In this document: positions 1-14,106 of the stretch, one piece after another
Layout: every line of letters starts with the position of its first letter
How positions within the stretch are numbered: position 1 is the first letter of the stretch
Assembly (NCBI RefSeq): GCF_009914755.1
Contig: NC_060935.1
DNA: 64,000 nucleotides
Origin: the human T2T-CHM13v2.0 reference genome, Homo sapiens
Direction: 5' to 3' (one strand)
The notes under the pieces: generated by a model
The model's input: only the letters and a program-made list of their open reading frames with translations
Told to the model about the DNA's origin: nothing
The model's database searches: none
Translations under genes and position numbers: made by a program

Positions 1-1315
<1,315 letters not shown>

Positions 1316-2592
1316 AGAAGGGGCTGCCTAAGAGAATGGCCCACTTCTCCAAATCCCTCTCGCTGTCAGGGTTTACTGGGAGCTCTGAGAGGTTTGCCTC
1401 CTACTGAGAGGGCTGGCCTGCTGGCTCCATTGAGAAGCCCGTGGTGGTTCCCTTTTGCCTGGCCCTCAGGCTTCCTGGAAAAGGCCTAATGGACTCCAGA
1501 GCAGCTCAGAGTCCACAGAAACCTGCAAAAAAGGGCCTGAAGATGGCAGAAGGAGCCTTCCACCACCTCCTCCCAGAGGCTCACAGCGGAGGTTGGCTGC
1601 TCCAGCCAGCACCACCTTATGGTCATGGCCCCAGCGAGGGGCTTCCACCAAGCACAAATGCAGGAGGTGGGCTGTGCTACAGACCAAAGAGGGACTTCAC
1701 TTTGAAAATTCTCAGTTCATGGCATCGCAAGCGACCACGCAATACCCTGTTGGGGACTGCGGTGTAGAAAGCCATTCCCTGGGGTGATAGGCACGTTTGT
1801 TATTCTTTGCCTGACGTGCACCGTGGCTTTTCCTCCCATGGTCTCTTCTGGGCAAATGGCTCAACACAGACTTAGAAAATGTGTCTGTTTGGAGGCTGCT
1901 TTGTTTGGAGCTAGGATCAGCAAGGGGGCTGGAGGTAGGGGGTGAGGATAGCAACTGAGTGAGAACAGCCTGTTTAACACAGCTGCTGACGGACTCCTAA
2001 GTGGCTCGAACTCTGCTGCTGGGAAGTGCTAATTGGTTTTTAAAAGTGTGAGGCTGGCACAGAGAGTCAGGGCCGAGTGTGGCAGAGCCACACCTGAAAT
2101 AGGTGAGAGGAAGGGGCTGATGATAGGCCAGGCTGCAGCCAAAATGTCAACGAGCCCCAGGTGTGACAGGATTGTGAGAGGTCCTCCCATGGGGCAGTCC
2201 CAAATCTGCCACACTGGTAGGGGGACGACAAGCTAGGCTGTGGTTTGGCCCCAGAAGCTAAGGCCTGGGGTGTACTTCTCTGGAATGGCAGCTTGCAGGA
2301 GGGAGTCTCCCTTTAGCCCTTTCAATCCAGGCTTTCTGTGCTCTCTCTTTGGAAAAAGAGACAGGGTCCTCACATTTTAGAGGAGAGGGACATCAGTGTA
2401 CTTGGTGGGAGTTGAGGCGAGCTGCAAGAGTGACCCAGCTCAGGGAAACCATGTCGCTGCTGAGGAGGCTCTTAATGCCACCAGGTGGGCATCACCCAGA
2501 CATGGGAGGGGGTATGCATCCTGAGTGGGAAGTGGCACTCACTCGGTCTTAGGGTCCCTCTCCCACCCCCTCCAGCGCCACATGGCTCCTAC

Positions 2593-2786
2593 CTTCACCA
2601 GGACCTGAGGCGGCTGTCCCTGGCTCCGGCACCTCCCTCTCAGTCTGTGTTTCGGCATTCTGCAGCTGAAGGGCCAGAGTCTGGGTGCCCTGAGATGTCA
2701 CTGAGGTGGCAGGGTTCCGGGGCTGAAGCCCAATGGCATTCATCAGCCCCATGTCTCTGTCTGTCCTCCATGTGGCTCTGCTGGTT
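2593..2786 (-). CDS. AMBRA1: AMBRA1 penultimate coding exon (194 nt, phase 2-1): [64 protein letters not shown](G)
   Basis: Acceptor ctttctctccctag|A and donor GAAG|gtagga. Carries two TQT (DYNLL/LC8-binding) motifs. The final exon lies beyond position 1. Confidence 0.95.
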
Positions 2787-3251
2787 CTAGGGAGAGAAAG
2801 GCAGACTAAAGTCAGATGGGGCTTGGGACAGCACCCCTCACAGCACTCTGCTGGCTCTGTGCCAATCCTCAGGGCAGTGTGGGCCAGGCCCTGCAGGCTA
2901 AGAGAAGCCCTGTGCTCCTGCAACTACATCTTGATGGTGGTTAACTTGTCTGTGTCCATTCTCCCCCAAGGTTAGTCTATACCCTAGAACAATGAAAGGC
3001 CACAGAAACATCCAATCTTGCAACCCTGGCTCACTCAGTCATGCCCTTCAACAACAGGCCCCTGTCGGGGAGTGGGGAGGAGCTGTAGAGATGGCTGATC
3101 TGAAAAGACTAATGAAATTCAGGAGGCCAGTAGCTGAGATCATGGGATAAAGAGTGAGCACTAGAAGAAGGTCCTTTCTCTCTTTAGCTTTACCTTCCTT
3201 CCAACTGTATGCTCATAAGATTCCACTTTGAATTCTTGAATTTGCAAGTGA

Positions 3252-3514
<263 letters not shown>

Positions 3515-4355
3515 TGATCCGCCCGCCTCAGCCTCCCAAAGTGCTGGGATTACAGGCATGAGCCACCGCGCCCATCCAGGACTGGAACTCTTATGAGGCT
3601 GTTCTGGGATCCTCTTTCCAGGGCCTTCTGAAAACAGACCCTTGCAGGTAGGGAGCACAGGCTGTCCTACAAGGAAGGTTCTGGCCAATGCTAGCATCCC
3701 CCTTCCTTGGGCATCTCCCAGGCACTGCCTTGGAATAGCTGGAGCTGGCAGCAGAGGCAGCCCAGGCCTTTTGAGACTATCACCAGACACTCACATTTCT
3801 AGCTGCTTCTGGGACTATTCCTCCAGCTATGCTCAGCAATTCCTAGGGGAAGTAGCAATTGCTTTGGGTTTATCAACAACCCAGCGCTTTGTTCCAGTCT
3901 TCATTAGTGAATTAAGTGATGAAAGGATCAGTACCAGATTTCTACTAATGGGTGCCTCAAGAGGATTTGTCCCTGGGCTACAGCCCTGGGCAGCTTGGTC
4001 CCTGAGGTCCTGGTCATCTGGAAGAGCCTGGGCCATGGAGCAGACTTCATGGGGCGGCATCCTTCTCCAGGCCCTATCTTCTCTCCTCACCCCAAGTGTG
4101 CCCAGGCACCATGGCCAGGATGGGAGAGGGCCAGGGGGTGGTTCTACAGCAAGACTCTGAGAGCAGAGCTTTTGTTCTCTTTCTTAGCCACACAACACTT
4201 TTCTCAAATGAAACTGTACACAAAAGATCAAGGAGGTGCTGCTCTGGTTGAGGAGGGACCCAGAGCCCTAGAGGGCGCTGCTTAAGAGCCCATCAAAAGC
4301 AGGAGGAAGGGATGGGCCTCCAGCCAGCTGCTCCCTGCCTACTTCCCAAACATAC

Positions 4356-4448
4356 CCAGGCCGCTCGCTGCTCCTGCTGTTGGAATGGACAGTGAAGACC
4401 GTCTCGTTCAGCTGGTCCCAGTAGTACTCAACACCAGAGTTTAAGGCC
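4356..4448 (-). CDS. AMBRA1: AMBRA1 coding exon (93 nt, phase 2-2): [30 protein letters not shown](G); contains the LIR motif
   Basis: Acceptor gatttttag|G and donor CCTGG|gtatgt. WDQL fits the W-x-x-L LC3-interacting region known in AMBRA1. Confidence 0.96.
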
Positions 4449-5470
4449 CTAAAAATCAGTTGGGAAGGGTAAAGAAGAAGGTGAAAGGCATTAGAGAGGG
4501 AAGGATAAGAGCTCCTGAAACTCCTGGCTTTGTGGACTGTGGCTGCCCATCCTTTCTCTCTCCTGGGGCTGAGCTGAAACCAAGACCAGAGCTGCTGCCT
4601 CATCAGGATGCTCAGTGCTGGATCAATTCAGACAAATCTCTAATAGCCTAAATGCCTGGAATGGTGGGTTTAGCTTCTCCCTTCCCCCTGACAAGCCTAA
4701 CCGGCTCCTCCTCGGAGCTAAGAGACAGCTAAAAAAATAGCAACAACAGATACAGGCAGTGGGTCCTGAGTATTCTTCAGACACAGAGAAAGGAACTAAG
4801 ATGGCAAATGTGAGGCTGGAGTGAGGCCCACTGGAGAGATACAGAGCCATGGACAGCCCTGCCCAATGGGCATGCCTAGTCTTGAAAAGCAGAGGCCTTG
4901 GCCAGGCGCCAGTGGCTCACGCCTGTAATCCCAGCACTTTGGGAGGCCGAGGCGGGCAGATCACAAGGTCACAAGATCAAGACCATCCTGGCCAACATTG
5001 TGAAACCCTGTCTCTACTAAAAATACAAAAATTAGCTGGCCGTGGTGGCACATGCCTGTAGTCCCAGCTACTCAGGAGACTGAGGCAGGAGAATCACTTG
5101 AACCAGGAGACAGAGGTTGCAGTGAGCTGAGATCGCGCCACTGTACTCCAGCCTGGGTGACAGTGCAAGACTCTGTCTCAAAAAAAAAAAAAAAGAAAAA
5201 AAAAAAAAAGAAAAGCAGAGGCCTCAGAAAACAAAGACAGTGCAGGCTCTCGCCCCTGGGGCGGCCTGAGCGGAGGAAGACAAACTTCACCAAAAGTCAG
5301 CTATTTAACCTAGAGGCCTAGGTCACCCTCCTTTAACAACAGAAGTTACCTCCATAAAGAGCAAACATCCCCAAGTGAGTGTATTATAGGATGCTGGGAG
5401 GTGCTTCCTTCCTAAACATGGGTGTTGGCTAGGACAGAGACCAGGCAGGGCCTGGAAGACGAGGGACTGT

Positions 5471-5500
5471 GTCCCAGGAGGTCCCAGGAGGTCCCAGGAG
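5471..5500. repeat. Perfect 3x 10-bp tandem repeat (gtcccaggag)
   Basis: Direct reading. Confidence 0.9.
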
Positions 5501-5519
5501 GCTGTGCTGCCTCAGGTAA

Positions 5520-5680
<161 letters not shown>

Positions 5681-5865
5681 TGAGATTGCAGATGTGTGCC
5701 ACCACGCCCGGCTAATTTTTGTATTTTTAGTAGAGATGGGGTTTCACCATGTTGGCCAGGCTGGTCTCGAACTCCTGACCTCAAGTGATCTGCCCACCTT
5801 GGCCTCCCAAAGTGCTAGGATTACAGGCATGAACCACTGCGCCCAGCCCAAATCTGTCTTTTTAA

Positions 5866-6018
<153 letters not shown>

Positions 6019-6208
6019 TAGAGGGTAACTATGATTAGGCTTCACCTGAGGGAATACTACTTGCTTCTTTGAAGGGAAAGAGCCACAGCCAAACAAAAGT
6101 GCTCTTCTTTTCACTGCGCTGTAGTAAACCTCTCCCAGCTCCTTTTAAGGGGCCTGTCAGGCTGTGGAGTTGGTGTAATTCCAAAGGCCACCTCTTTAAA
6201 AAGCAGTA

Positions 6209-6774
6209 CAGTTGTCCCTTGGTATCTTTGGGGAATTGGTTCCAAGACCCCCTGTGGATACCAAAATCTATGGTTGCTCAAGTCCCTAATACACAAACTA
6301 TCCATATCCTTTTGTATACTTAAAATCATCTCTAGATTACTTGCACTAATACAATGTAAATTATGCAAATAGTTATTATACTGTATTGCATCTCACTCTG
6401 TTGCCCAGTCTGAAGTGCAGTGGTGTGATCACGGCTCACTACAGCCCTGACTTCCCTGGGCTCAGGTGATTCTCCTACCTCAGCCTCCCGAGTAGCTGGT
6501 ACTACAGGCGTGCCTCACCACGCCTGGCTAATTTTTTTTGTTTTTTGTTTTGTAGAGACAGGGTTTCACCATGTTGCCTAAGCTGGTCTCAAATTTCTGG
6601 GCTAAAAAATCTGCCTACCTCAGCCTCCCAAAGTACTGGGATTATAGGTGTGAACCACCGTTCCCAGACTAATTGTATTGTTAATTTTCACTGTTTTTTT
6701 TTCCCCAAAATGTTTTTGATTTATGGTTTGTTGACTCCATGAATGTGGAACCTGCAGATACCAAGGGCCAACTG
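6209..6774. mobile_element. MER2-type TcMar/Tigger MITE interrupted by an antisense Alu (about 6390-6668)
   Basis: Terminal inverted repeats cagttgtcccttggtatct and cagttggcccttggtatct match at 18/19 positions, preceded by TA. Confidence 0.85.
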
Positions 6775-7589
6775 TTTATCCTTCCTCTTCTAAACAGCCA
6801 TTTTTGTGGGGTTTGGGGATTGTCTGAGAACCAGATGGGCATTGGAGGGCAAAGATGAGAAAAGGCTACCTTACATTATGCAAGAGGTAAATGGCCAGAA
6901 GTAACAGCAGAGGCCTCCAAAAACAAACTCATCTCTGTTTTTGGTGAGCAAATCCTGTCTGTGTTAGATACTATGTGAAGCTGGCTGCCAGGAAGACTGA
7001 TTTACAAACTTGTCAAGATGTATTGACAGGTTGCAATACCACATGGGTCCCTGCCAAATCCCTCTTCTGGAATTCTTGCTAGCCAGGGCTGGTTAGTGAC
7101 AACAAACTGTTCACATCAGACCTACAACAAACCATGTACTTCCTGACCCGGAACCTTCCTTCCTACCTCAGAAAAGAGGCCACAAGAAGGCCTTCTGTCT
7201 GAGCTGGGACTGTCAGCATAATGCTGGTGGCCAAAAGGTCCCCTCGAATGCTTTCCATCCAGGCAGCAGCATGGAGCATCATCGGCTCAGGGCTGTGACC
7301 TTGGCTACTGACTGAAGAGGTCCACTGCCAACAGAACAGGGGCCGTACTTCCTGTCTCAGATGTGTTGCTCCACTATGCCTCCCCATCCCAATCCTTTCT
7401 GCTCCCCACAAACAGGTCTAATTCTAAGCCTGGATTTGCTTTACTTTCTGTGGTCAGAGAGCTGGACTACAATGAGCTCATGGATTTGGTTTCAATTCCA
7501 GACACTGTACCAAGGAATAGAGTTGAAGACACCCTCTCTGGCTACTGAAACTCTTAGCTTTCTTTCTTTCTTTCTCTATTTTTTTCTGA

Positions 7590-7961
<372 letters not shown>

Positions 7962-10900
7962 TGAGGGTGAATGAGTCACTGTTTGCTCTGGGTTCTTCCT
8001 GGGAACTACACAAATACACCAAGGGAGGAGGAAGGCTAGGAGGTCCAATCAGGGCCAGCCTTTTCCAGTGGGCTTCCACCTCACACCTGGCTTCCTCCAC
8101 AGCATCTGGAAGCTGTGCTTCTGGGCCTGGCTCAACAACTTCCCCATGCTGAGACCTTCCAAGGGCTCCCTGAACAGACCTGAGCTCCCTCAGTGTCACG
8201 ATGCTCTCTTCACAGAACTTCTGGCTCTGAACTTCCCAACTTCTTGGGACCATTCCCTTGGATAACATTCTTCTTTCATTTATCAGTGACACGACGGGAG
8301 AGGATCAGACCAAAGATGCCTGGTGTCTCTGCAGCGCGGGAAAGAGCCAGCACCTGGCTCTTAGAGCCTCGCCTGAAAGATGTGGTTTCCGTGGCAATTT
8401 TGGCTCCCTTTTGATTCGGAGGCATGCTTTCCCCTCCCTGGGTGATGATACTTGACTATAATTACCATGATTACAGAAGGGACAGAGCTGGGGCCTTGTC
8501 AGGAGCCCCACAGTTGGCCAATGGGCCAGATGCCCCATAGTCTCAGCCCACCTCTCTTCTGCCATGAGTCCCCTGATTCTGTCCTTTGAGCTGACTCTGA
8601 GAGGCAGTGGGCTTCCCGCCAGCACCTCCCCCTATCACATTTGTAGGGCTGGTTTATGAGGCCGGAAGTAAGCAAGCACCCCCTCATATCAACCTGGCAC
8701 TTCACACCCCCCATGGTTATCAGTGGGGGTGCTGGCTGGCTGGCAGGCAGCCAGAGGCACAGCAGCAGCTTGGGCAGAGTGCAGGTGGGGGAGCAGAGGA
8801 GGAGGGAGCGCCTCAGTGCCAGGAAGGGCGGGATGACTGCGCTATCAGCCCCTGGGATGGCTTTGTAGAGGGGCTGACTGGCCAGTTGTTTGTCTTCTTG
8901 CCTGTCCTAAGAATTCCTTCCCCTGGAGAGATGGAGGATTTTTGAAGGCCTTAGTCTACTGCCAAGTGGGTTTTAGTACCACCAAGAGATGCCCAAGGAG
9001 CTTGTTCCTCTGTCTTTGTGCTTGGAGAGACTGCTGAGGCAAAGACAATGGAGGAGAAATCAAGAGCAGTATTGAGAGCACAAAATGGGGTGCAGCTGCC
9101 TGTGCCTGGGACAAAGGCAGACAGCCACCTGTTTCGGAGGGAGGGCTGCAATCTTGGCCCAGCTGGCTGGCTGGATCCTGTGCCCTTGGGAATGGGTGTG
9201 CCAGGGAGCTGTATCACCCAGGGATAGGCAGCTGCCTATGAGACACACAAGAACCCTGAGCTCCTACTTCCCTATTTGTTCTCCTCATTTGAGACTGGAG
9301 ACCACTCATCTGTAGACCACTCAAAAGACATGAATGCGCTCACTGATCCTCTCTCATTTCCACCTGCATCCATGCCTGACCTGCTGAAATGTCTCAACAC
9401 AATCTAAAGCTGCATTCTTTACCTGAGGTCTTAAAGAGTTACAAAAGTATGTGTGTGTTATTGTGGCATATTTTTCTGTGGAAGACTGTACATTGCTTTC
9501 GTCAGAATTTTAAAGGGGTTTTTGAGTGAAAAGCGCTCTGGATAGTAAAGTGAGGAATTCTAGTTCTGTCATCTGTTAGGAGGCCTCAGAGGAGTCTTAA
9601 CTTCCTTAGGTGTATATTGCTCACACACAGTCTTCCTTGCCTAAGCTTTGAAGAACTTAAGTCATGTCCATGTCCAATTTATATGGTACCCTTACATTTT
9701 GGGCCCTAAGGCTTGAGGCATTTGCCAACCTGACCCAAGAAGTCAGGAGAAACAGCAACCAAAAAAGATGGGCTAAACTAGTTTTCTTAGTCCAACACAA
9801 CTTGGTCTGTGACAGGACACTGTTCAATGTGTCCAGTGCTAATGCCATCTTACTCAGGGAAGAGGCTTGAGTTCCTGGTGGGTAAGAGAGTTCCCCAGGC
9901 AGCCCAAGATGGCTTAGGCCAGCTGAGACTCTGGGATGCTGGAGCAACATATGGGGAGAAAAGAGAAAACAGAAGCCAAAGTCAGTTTCATGTTTGGCTG
10001 AGGTGACTGTGACTGACACAAAGTAGGCAGGCTGGGGTTTCAGACATAAAAACCTTTATGAGGCCACAACAAACTGGGTGTAGATTATTTTTGCAAGGGA
10101 GAGGACTAGAAATTTGGCTGGGACAAAAGTTAGTGGTGGAAGCCATAGACAAAACAACACTGCTGAGGAAAGAGGTCTTGGAGAAACAGGGAAAGAAAGG
10201 CCTGTAACTGAAGTGTAAGTAAGAGTAGAATCATAGTCCAGAATTCTGTGCCAGTTTTGGAAAAGATGCTTATTAGATTTCTCTTATGAACTGTTAAGAA
10301 AAGAGATAAGACAATCAGCATCATGTGCTTTGGGGAAAAGGAGTATTTCAGGACAGATCCTGGGACTAGGGACAGGCCAGAAGAAGGGCAGAAACTGAGA
10401 GACCCAAGGAGATAATGAAAATGCTCTCTGGATGCTCCAGAGATGGTGAAAGATGGTCTCTGGAGCAAGTGGCTTGCAACACAAAACATTCTTGCAGCTC
10501 CAAGAGCAGCCTGAGCAGGCTAGGCTTAGACAGTAGTCTGTCTTTGGGAGGAGCTCAAAAAATTCAAAATGGAATGCAAGAGCTGCCCTAAGAACCAGTT
10601 TTCCTTTCTCCTAGGCCACTGACCTAATTCAGCCGATAAGGACTCAATCAGCACTTCCCTACCAGGCCACATGAGCTGACCCAAATACATCCTTTAGGAG
10701 AAACTATCAAGGATCCCATCAAAAGGCAACACGGACACTTCCGATAACCAGAGACCCTGTTGGAACTGTCACACCACACTCTGTGATCTGCAGAACACTC
10801 TGGGAAAAGACTCTGCACCAAGTGGAGGTCAACATGAGGACAGCCTGGAGGCAGAAGTGGCATTTAGTCGGCTGGAACCTTGCAGCGTCCCACGCAGCAA

Positions 10901-11176
10901 TCAACCTGATCGGCAGTGAGGCAGAGCTTCACACTCTCCACCTGGCTGAGGCTGGAAACTGATGACAGACCTGGCTGACTCCCAGCGTCTCTAATGAATG
11001 GATGCCTGGAGAAACTCTGACCTCCATAAAGCCAGAGGAAGGGGAAGGGGTGTCATCAGGACTTCAGACACAAATCCCCTCCTACTCCCTACTTCAAGAC
11101 CAGATAATAATTGCTTTGACTGTAAATTGAGCTTTTCTTTTTTTTTTTTTGAGACAGAGTCTCACTCTGTCGCTAG

Positions 11177-11335
<159 letters not shown>

Positions 11336-11992
11336 TGACCAGGATGGTCTCAATCTCCTGACCTCGTGATCCGCCTGCCTCAGCTTCTCAAAGTGCTGGG
11401 ATTACAGGCATGAGCCACTGTGCCCAGCCCCAAATTGAGCTTTTCAATCTGCTTTCACTAGTATAAGCTAGAGCTCCAAGCAGAAAGGAAAACAAGCAAG
11501 ACAGAATTGTTGTTAGAGATCAGTTAGAGATCGGCTATTAGAGATCAGTGGCTTAACAAATTAGGGTTTCAACAATACCTATTTCCAATTCTTTTTAAGT
11601 TAAAGTCTACGGTATTTACTCAAACCCAAGACCACCTGTTGAATTTTTCTAGCAGGGTTTAAAAAAGAATCTTTGATATCTATGCTTTTGACTGCAGGGA
11701 AACTTTAGTATCACTAGGAAACCAGAGAACAAGGGAAAACAAAGAAAAAAAAATACTGCCTTTAGATTCAAGAAAACATGATCACTAAATCAGTCTCTGG
11801 ATGAAATGTGAAATGGGGAGCTAATCCTACCAGCCCCTGTGGGAAGAGGGCCCTTTAAGGAGTGGCGCTGAGAATGAGGCAGGCTCTAGATGGATTGACA
11901 TTTCCCTTCTAAAAGACCCCAGTTGGTGAATACTGATTACCCCAGTCCTCGGCCCCAGTGATCCCTCAACCCCCACACTTTAAGCCACTTAC

Positions 11993-12132
11993 TCTGGTCG
12001 GCAGATCACCAGGTCTCCTTTGTTAGTACCATAGGCCAAGCCAAGCCCTGGCTCAGGCAGCCAACGGGCAGAGTTGATACTGACATGTCTCCGCTGGTCG
12101 GCAGGCATGGGATAAAGGACGTTGAAAACTCT
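11993..12132 (-). CDS. AMBRA1: AMBRA1 coding exon (140 nt, phase 0-2): [46 protein letters not shown](E)
   Basis: Absent from the ORF track and translated manually. Long pyrimidine tract with ctacctag|AGA acceptor and CAGA|gtaagt donor. WD40-like strand [12 protein letters not shown]. Confidence 0.96.
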
Positions 12133-12264
12133 CTAGGTAGAGGAAAAGAGGGAAAAAAAGAGAATGGGAGGAGAAACAATTTGTTACCAAGAATAACAAA
12201 ATCCAGGGAGAAACAAATTAGAAGGAGGAAAGGAGGTGGTTAGGCTGGGAACAGGATGACTCTT

Positions 12265-12714
12265 TTTTTTTCTTTTTTTTCTATATCTATCTATCTATTT
12301 TATTATTTATATATAAATATATATAATATATATTTTATTATTTATATATAATATGTTTTATTATTTATATATAAATATATAATATATATTTTATTATTTA
12401 TATAAATATATATTTTATTATTTATATATAAATATATATATTTATTATATATTATATATATTTTATTATTATACTTTAAGTTCTAGGGTACATGTGCACA
12501 ACGTGCAGGTTTGTTACATATGTATACACGTGCCACGTTGGTGTGCTGCACCCATTAACTCGTCAGTCACATTAGGTATATCTTCTAATGCTATCCCTCC
12601 CCACTCCCCCTACCCCACAACAGGCCCCGGTGTGTGATGTTCTCCTTCCTGTGTCCAAGTGTTCTCATTGTTCAGTTCCCACCTATGAGTGAGAACATGC
12701 GGTGTTTGGTTTTC
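12265..12714 (-). mobile_element. 5'-truncated L1PA 3' end (about 245 bp) with expanded AT-rich tail
   Basis: ttatactttaagttctagggtacatgtgcacaacgtgcagg is the reverse complement of the primate L1 3' UTR. The 16-bp TSD gaacaggatgactctt occurs at 12249-12264 and 12715-12730, with a TCTT/AA endonuclease site. Confidence 0.92.
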
Positions 12715-12991
12715 GAACAGGATGACTCTTAACTCATGCCTGAGAACTTGGGGCAGCAGGAGAGATGGGATTCTCTTAGTTTTGGGGAGAGCTAGGTCTC
12801 TTTTAAGAAATACTAGGGGACTCTATGGCTCTAATAATGCGCTCTCCTTAGAGCCTTTTAGCTAACTAACTTCATTGCTTTTAAATTAACTCCCTGGAAA
12901 GCCCCATAAAGCCCACCATACCAGGACGGACTGCCCATAACTTTCCTCTGACCAGGCCAACCAGTGAGCATCAGCCTTGGCTGGTAGTCCT

Positions 12992-13005
12992 GTTACCATG
13001 GTAAC
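12992..13005. promoter_or_regulatory. Perfect palindromic RFX X-box GTTACCATGGTAAC
   Basis: Exact match to the RFX dimer consensus GTTRCCATGGYAAC in non-repeat DNA, with a GC box at 13046-13054 nearby. Occupancy is not shown by the sequence. Confidence 0.65.
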
Positions 13006-13379
13006 CACAGTGCTCTCACAGCAATGGGGAATTGGAGGTGATAGGGGGGCGGGAGGGGGTGATAACATCAGAGAACATTCTTAATTCATCTAATTAAAAG
13101 CAATGTTAAAACTGCTATTGTTAAGGAAACCTAAAAGGTGCATTAAGATGGAGGGAGCGGAGCAGAGGGGAATCGTGAACATTCAGGCACACAACTTGTT
13201 TCTAGCTTATATAAATCACCGTTAAATTGATTGTTTCTCTTTTTCCAAGCTAATATTTTCTGAGCGGCATATTTTCTAAGTATGTAGGGTTTGGGCTGAA
13301 GGTAAACTATGGCCTCACAGTCTCTTTCACCACTCTCTGATATGTTTTAGAAGCAACTTAATCAGAGATAGGGGCAGGT

Positions 13380-13575
13380 CAGTGGAAGAATAAAAGACAT
13401 GGGCTTTAGAGTTAATAAGACTTGGGTTCGAGTCCTGATGCCACTACAAAACAATATCTCTAGATCTCAACTTAGAACAAACACATACATTCAAATAATT
13501 TGGGAGATTAAAAGAGATGATGTATAAAATGCCTGCCATGGTGCAAGCTCCTAAATAGTAACTGCTATTATTGCA
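13380..13575. mobile_element. MIR SINE
   Basis: agacttgggttcgagtcctgatgccacta...gagattaaaagagatgatgtataaa. Another MIR lies at about 41040-41205. Confidence 0.6.
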
Positions 13576-14047
13576 ACCAGGAACCTGTATCTCAGTCTCT
13601 TCACAAATGATCATCAGGGCCTATGAAAACGACAGGAAGCTGAAACTCTATAAACTGGAGTTTATTTCCCTTCTTGCTTCCCCAGTTTTTAATTTATCAA
13701 ATATGAACTTCATTTCATCTGCCTTTACCTGCCCCCAGGGTTGATAGAAGGGGAAAAAAAGAGAAAACAAATGAGCATGTGGTTTAGACAGTAATATTCA
13801 TAAAATGAACTTAGAGTGGTACAATTATAATTATTTTTCTGACTATCCTGATGAGGGATGAAGGTGGGGAGGGAGGAAGGCAGGGAGGGATGATTGAGTC
13901 TGAACTAAGGGTCCACTCCATTTATGCAAACCAAGTGATAAGCAGCCCTGGATCTGAGAACACATGTTCATGTGCCTTGGGTACGTATCTGAAAGGCCTC
14001 TGACAGGACAGCCTCCAGAATGGAAAAGACAGCAGCACGTGTCCTCA

Positions 14048-14050
<3 letters not shown>

Positions 14051-14102
<52 letters not shown>
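14051..14102. repeat. (CA)26 microsatellite; (UG)26 in AMBRA1 pre-mRNA
   Basis: Direct count. Confidence 0.97.

Positions 14103-14106
<4 letters not shown>

Noticed and set aside
1441-1954. Overlapping ORFs on both strands in GC-rich unique DNA
   Set aside because: No recognisable domain and no splice sites linking them to the AMBRA1 frame. Such ORFs are expected by chance at this GC content.
2593-2599. Alternative donor CTG|GTGAAG 6 nt upstream of the chosen donor
   Set aside because: Poorer match to consensus than AAG|GTAGGA. The known protein reads GPGEG, supporting 2593.
3642-4160. 172-aa plus-strand ORF
   Set aside because: Non-ATG start, no recognisable homology, and antisense within an intron.
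4840-4860. RE1/REST-like tacagagccatggacagccct
   Set aside because: The right half matches, but the conserved CAGCACC left half is broken.
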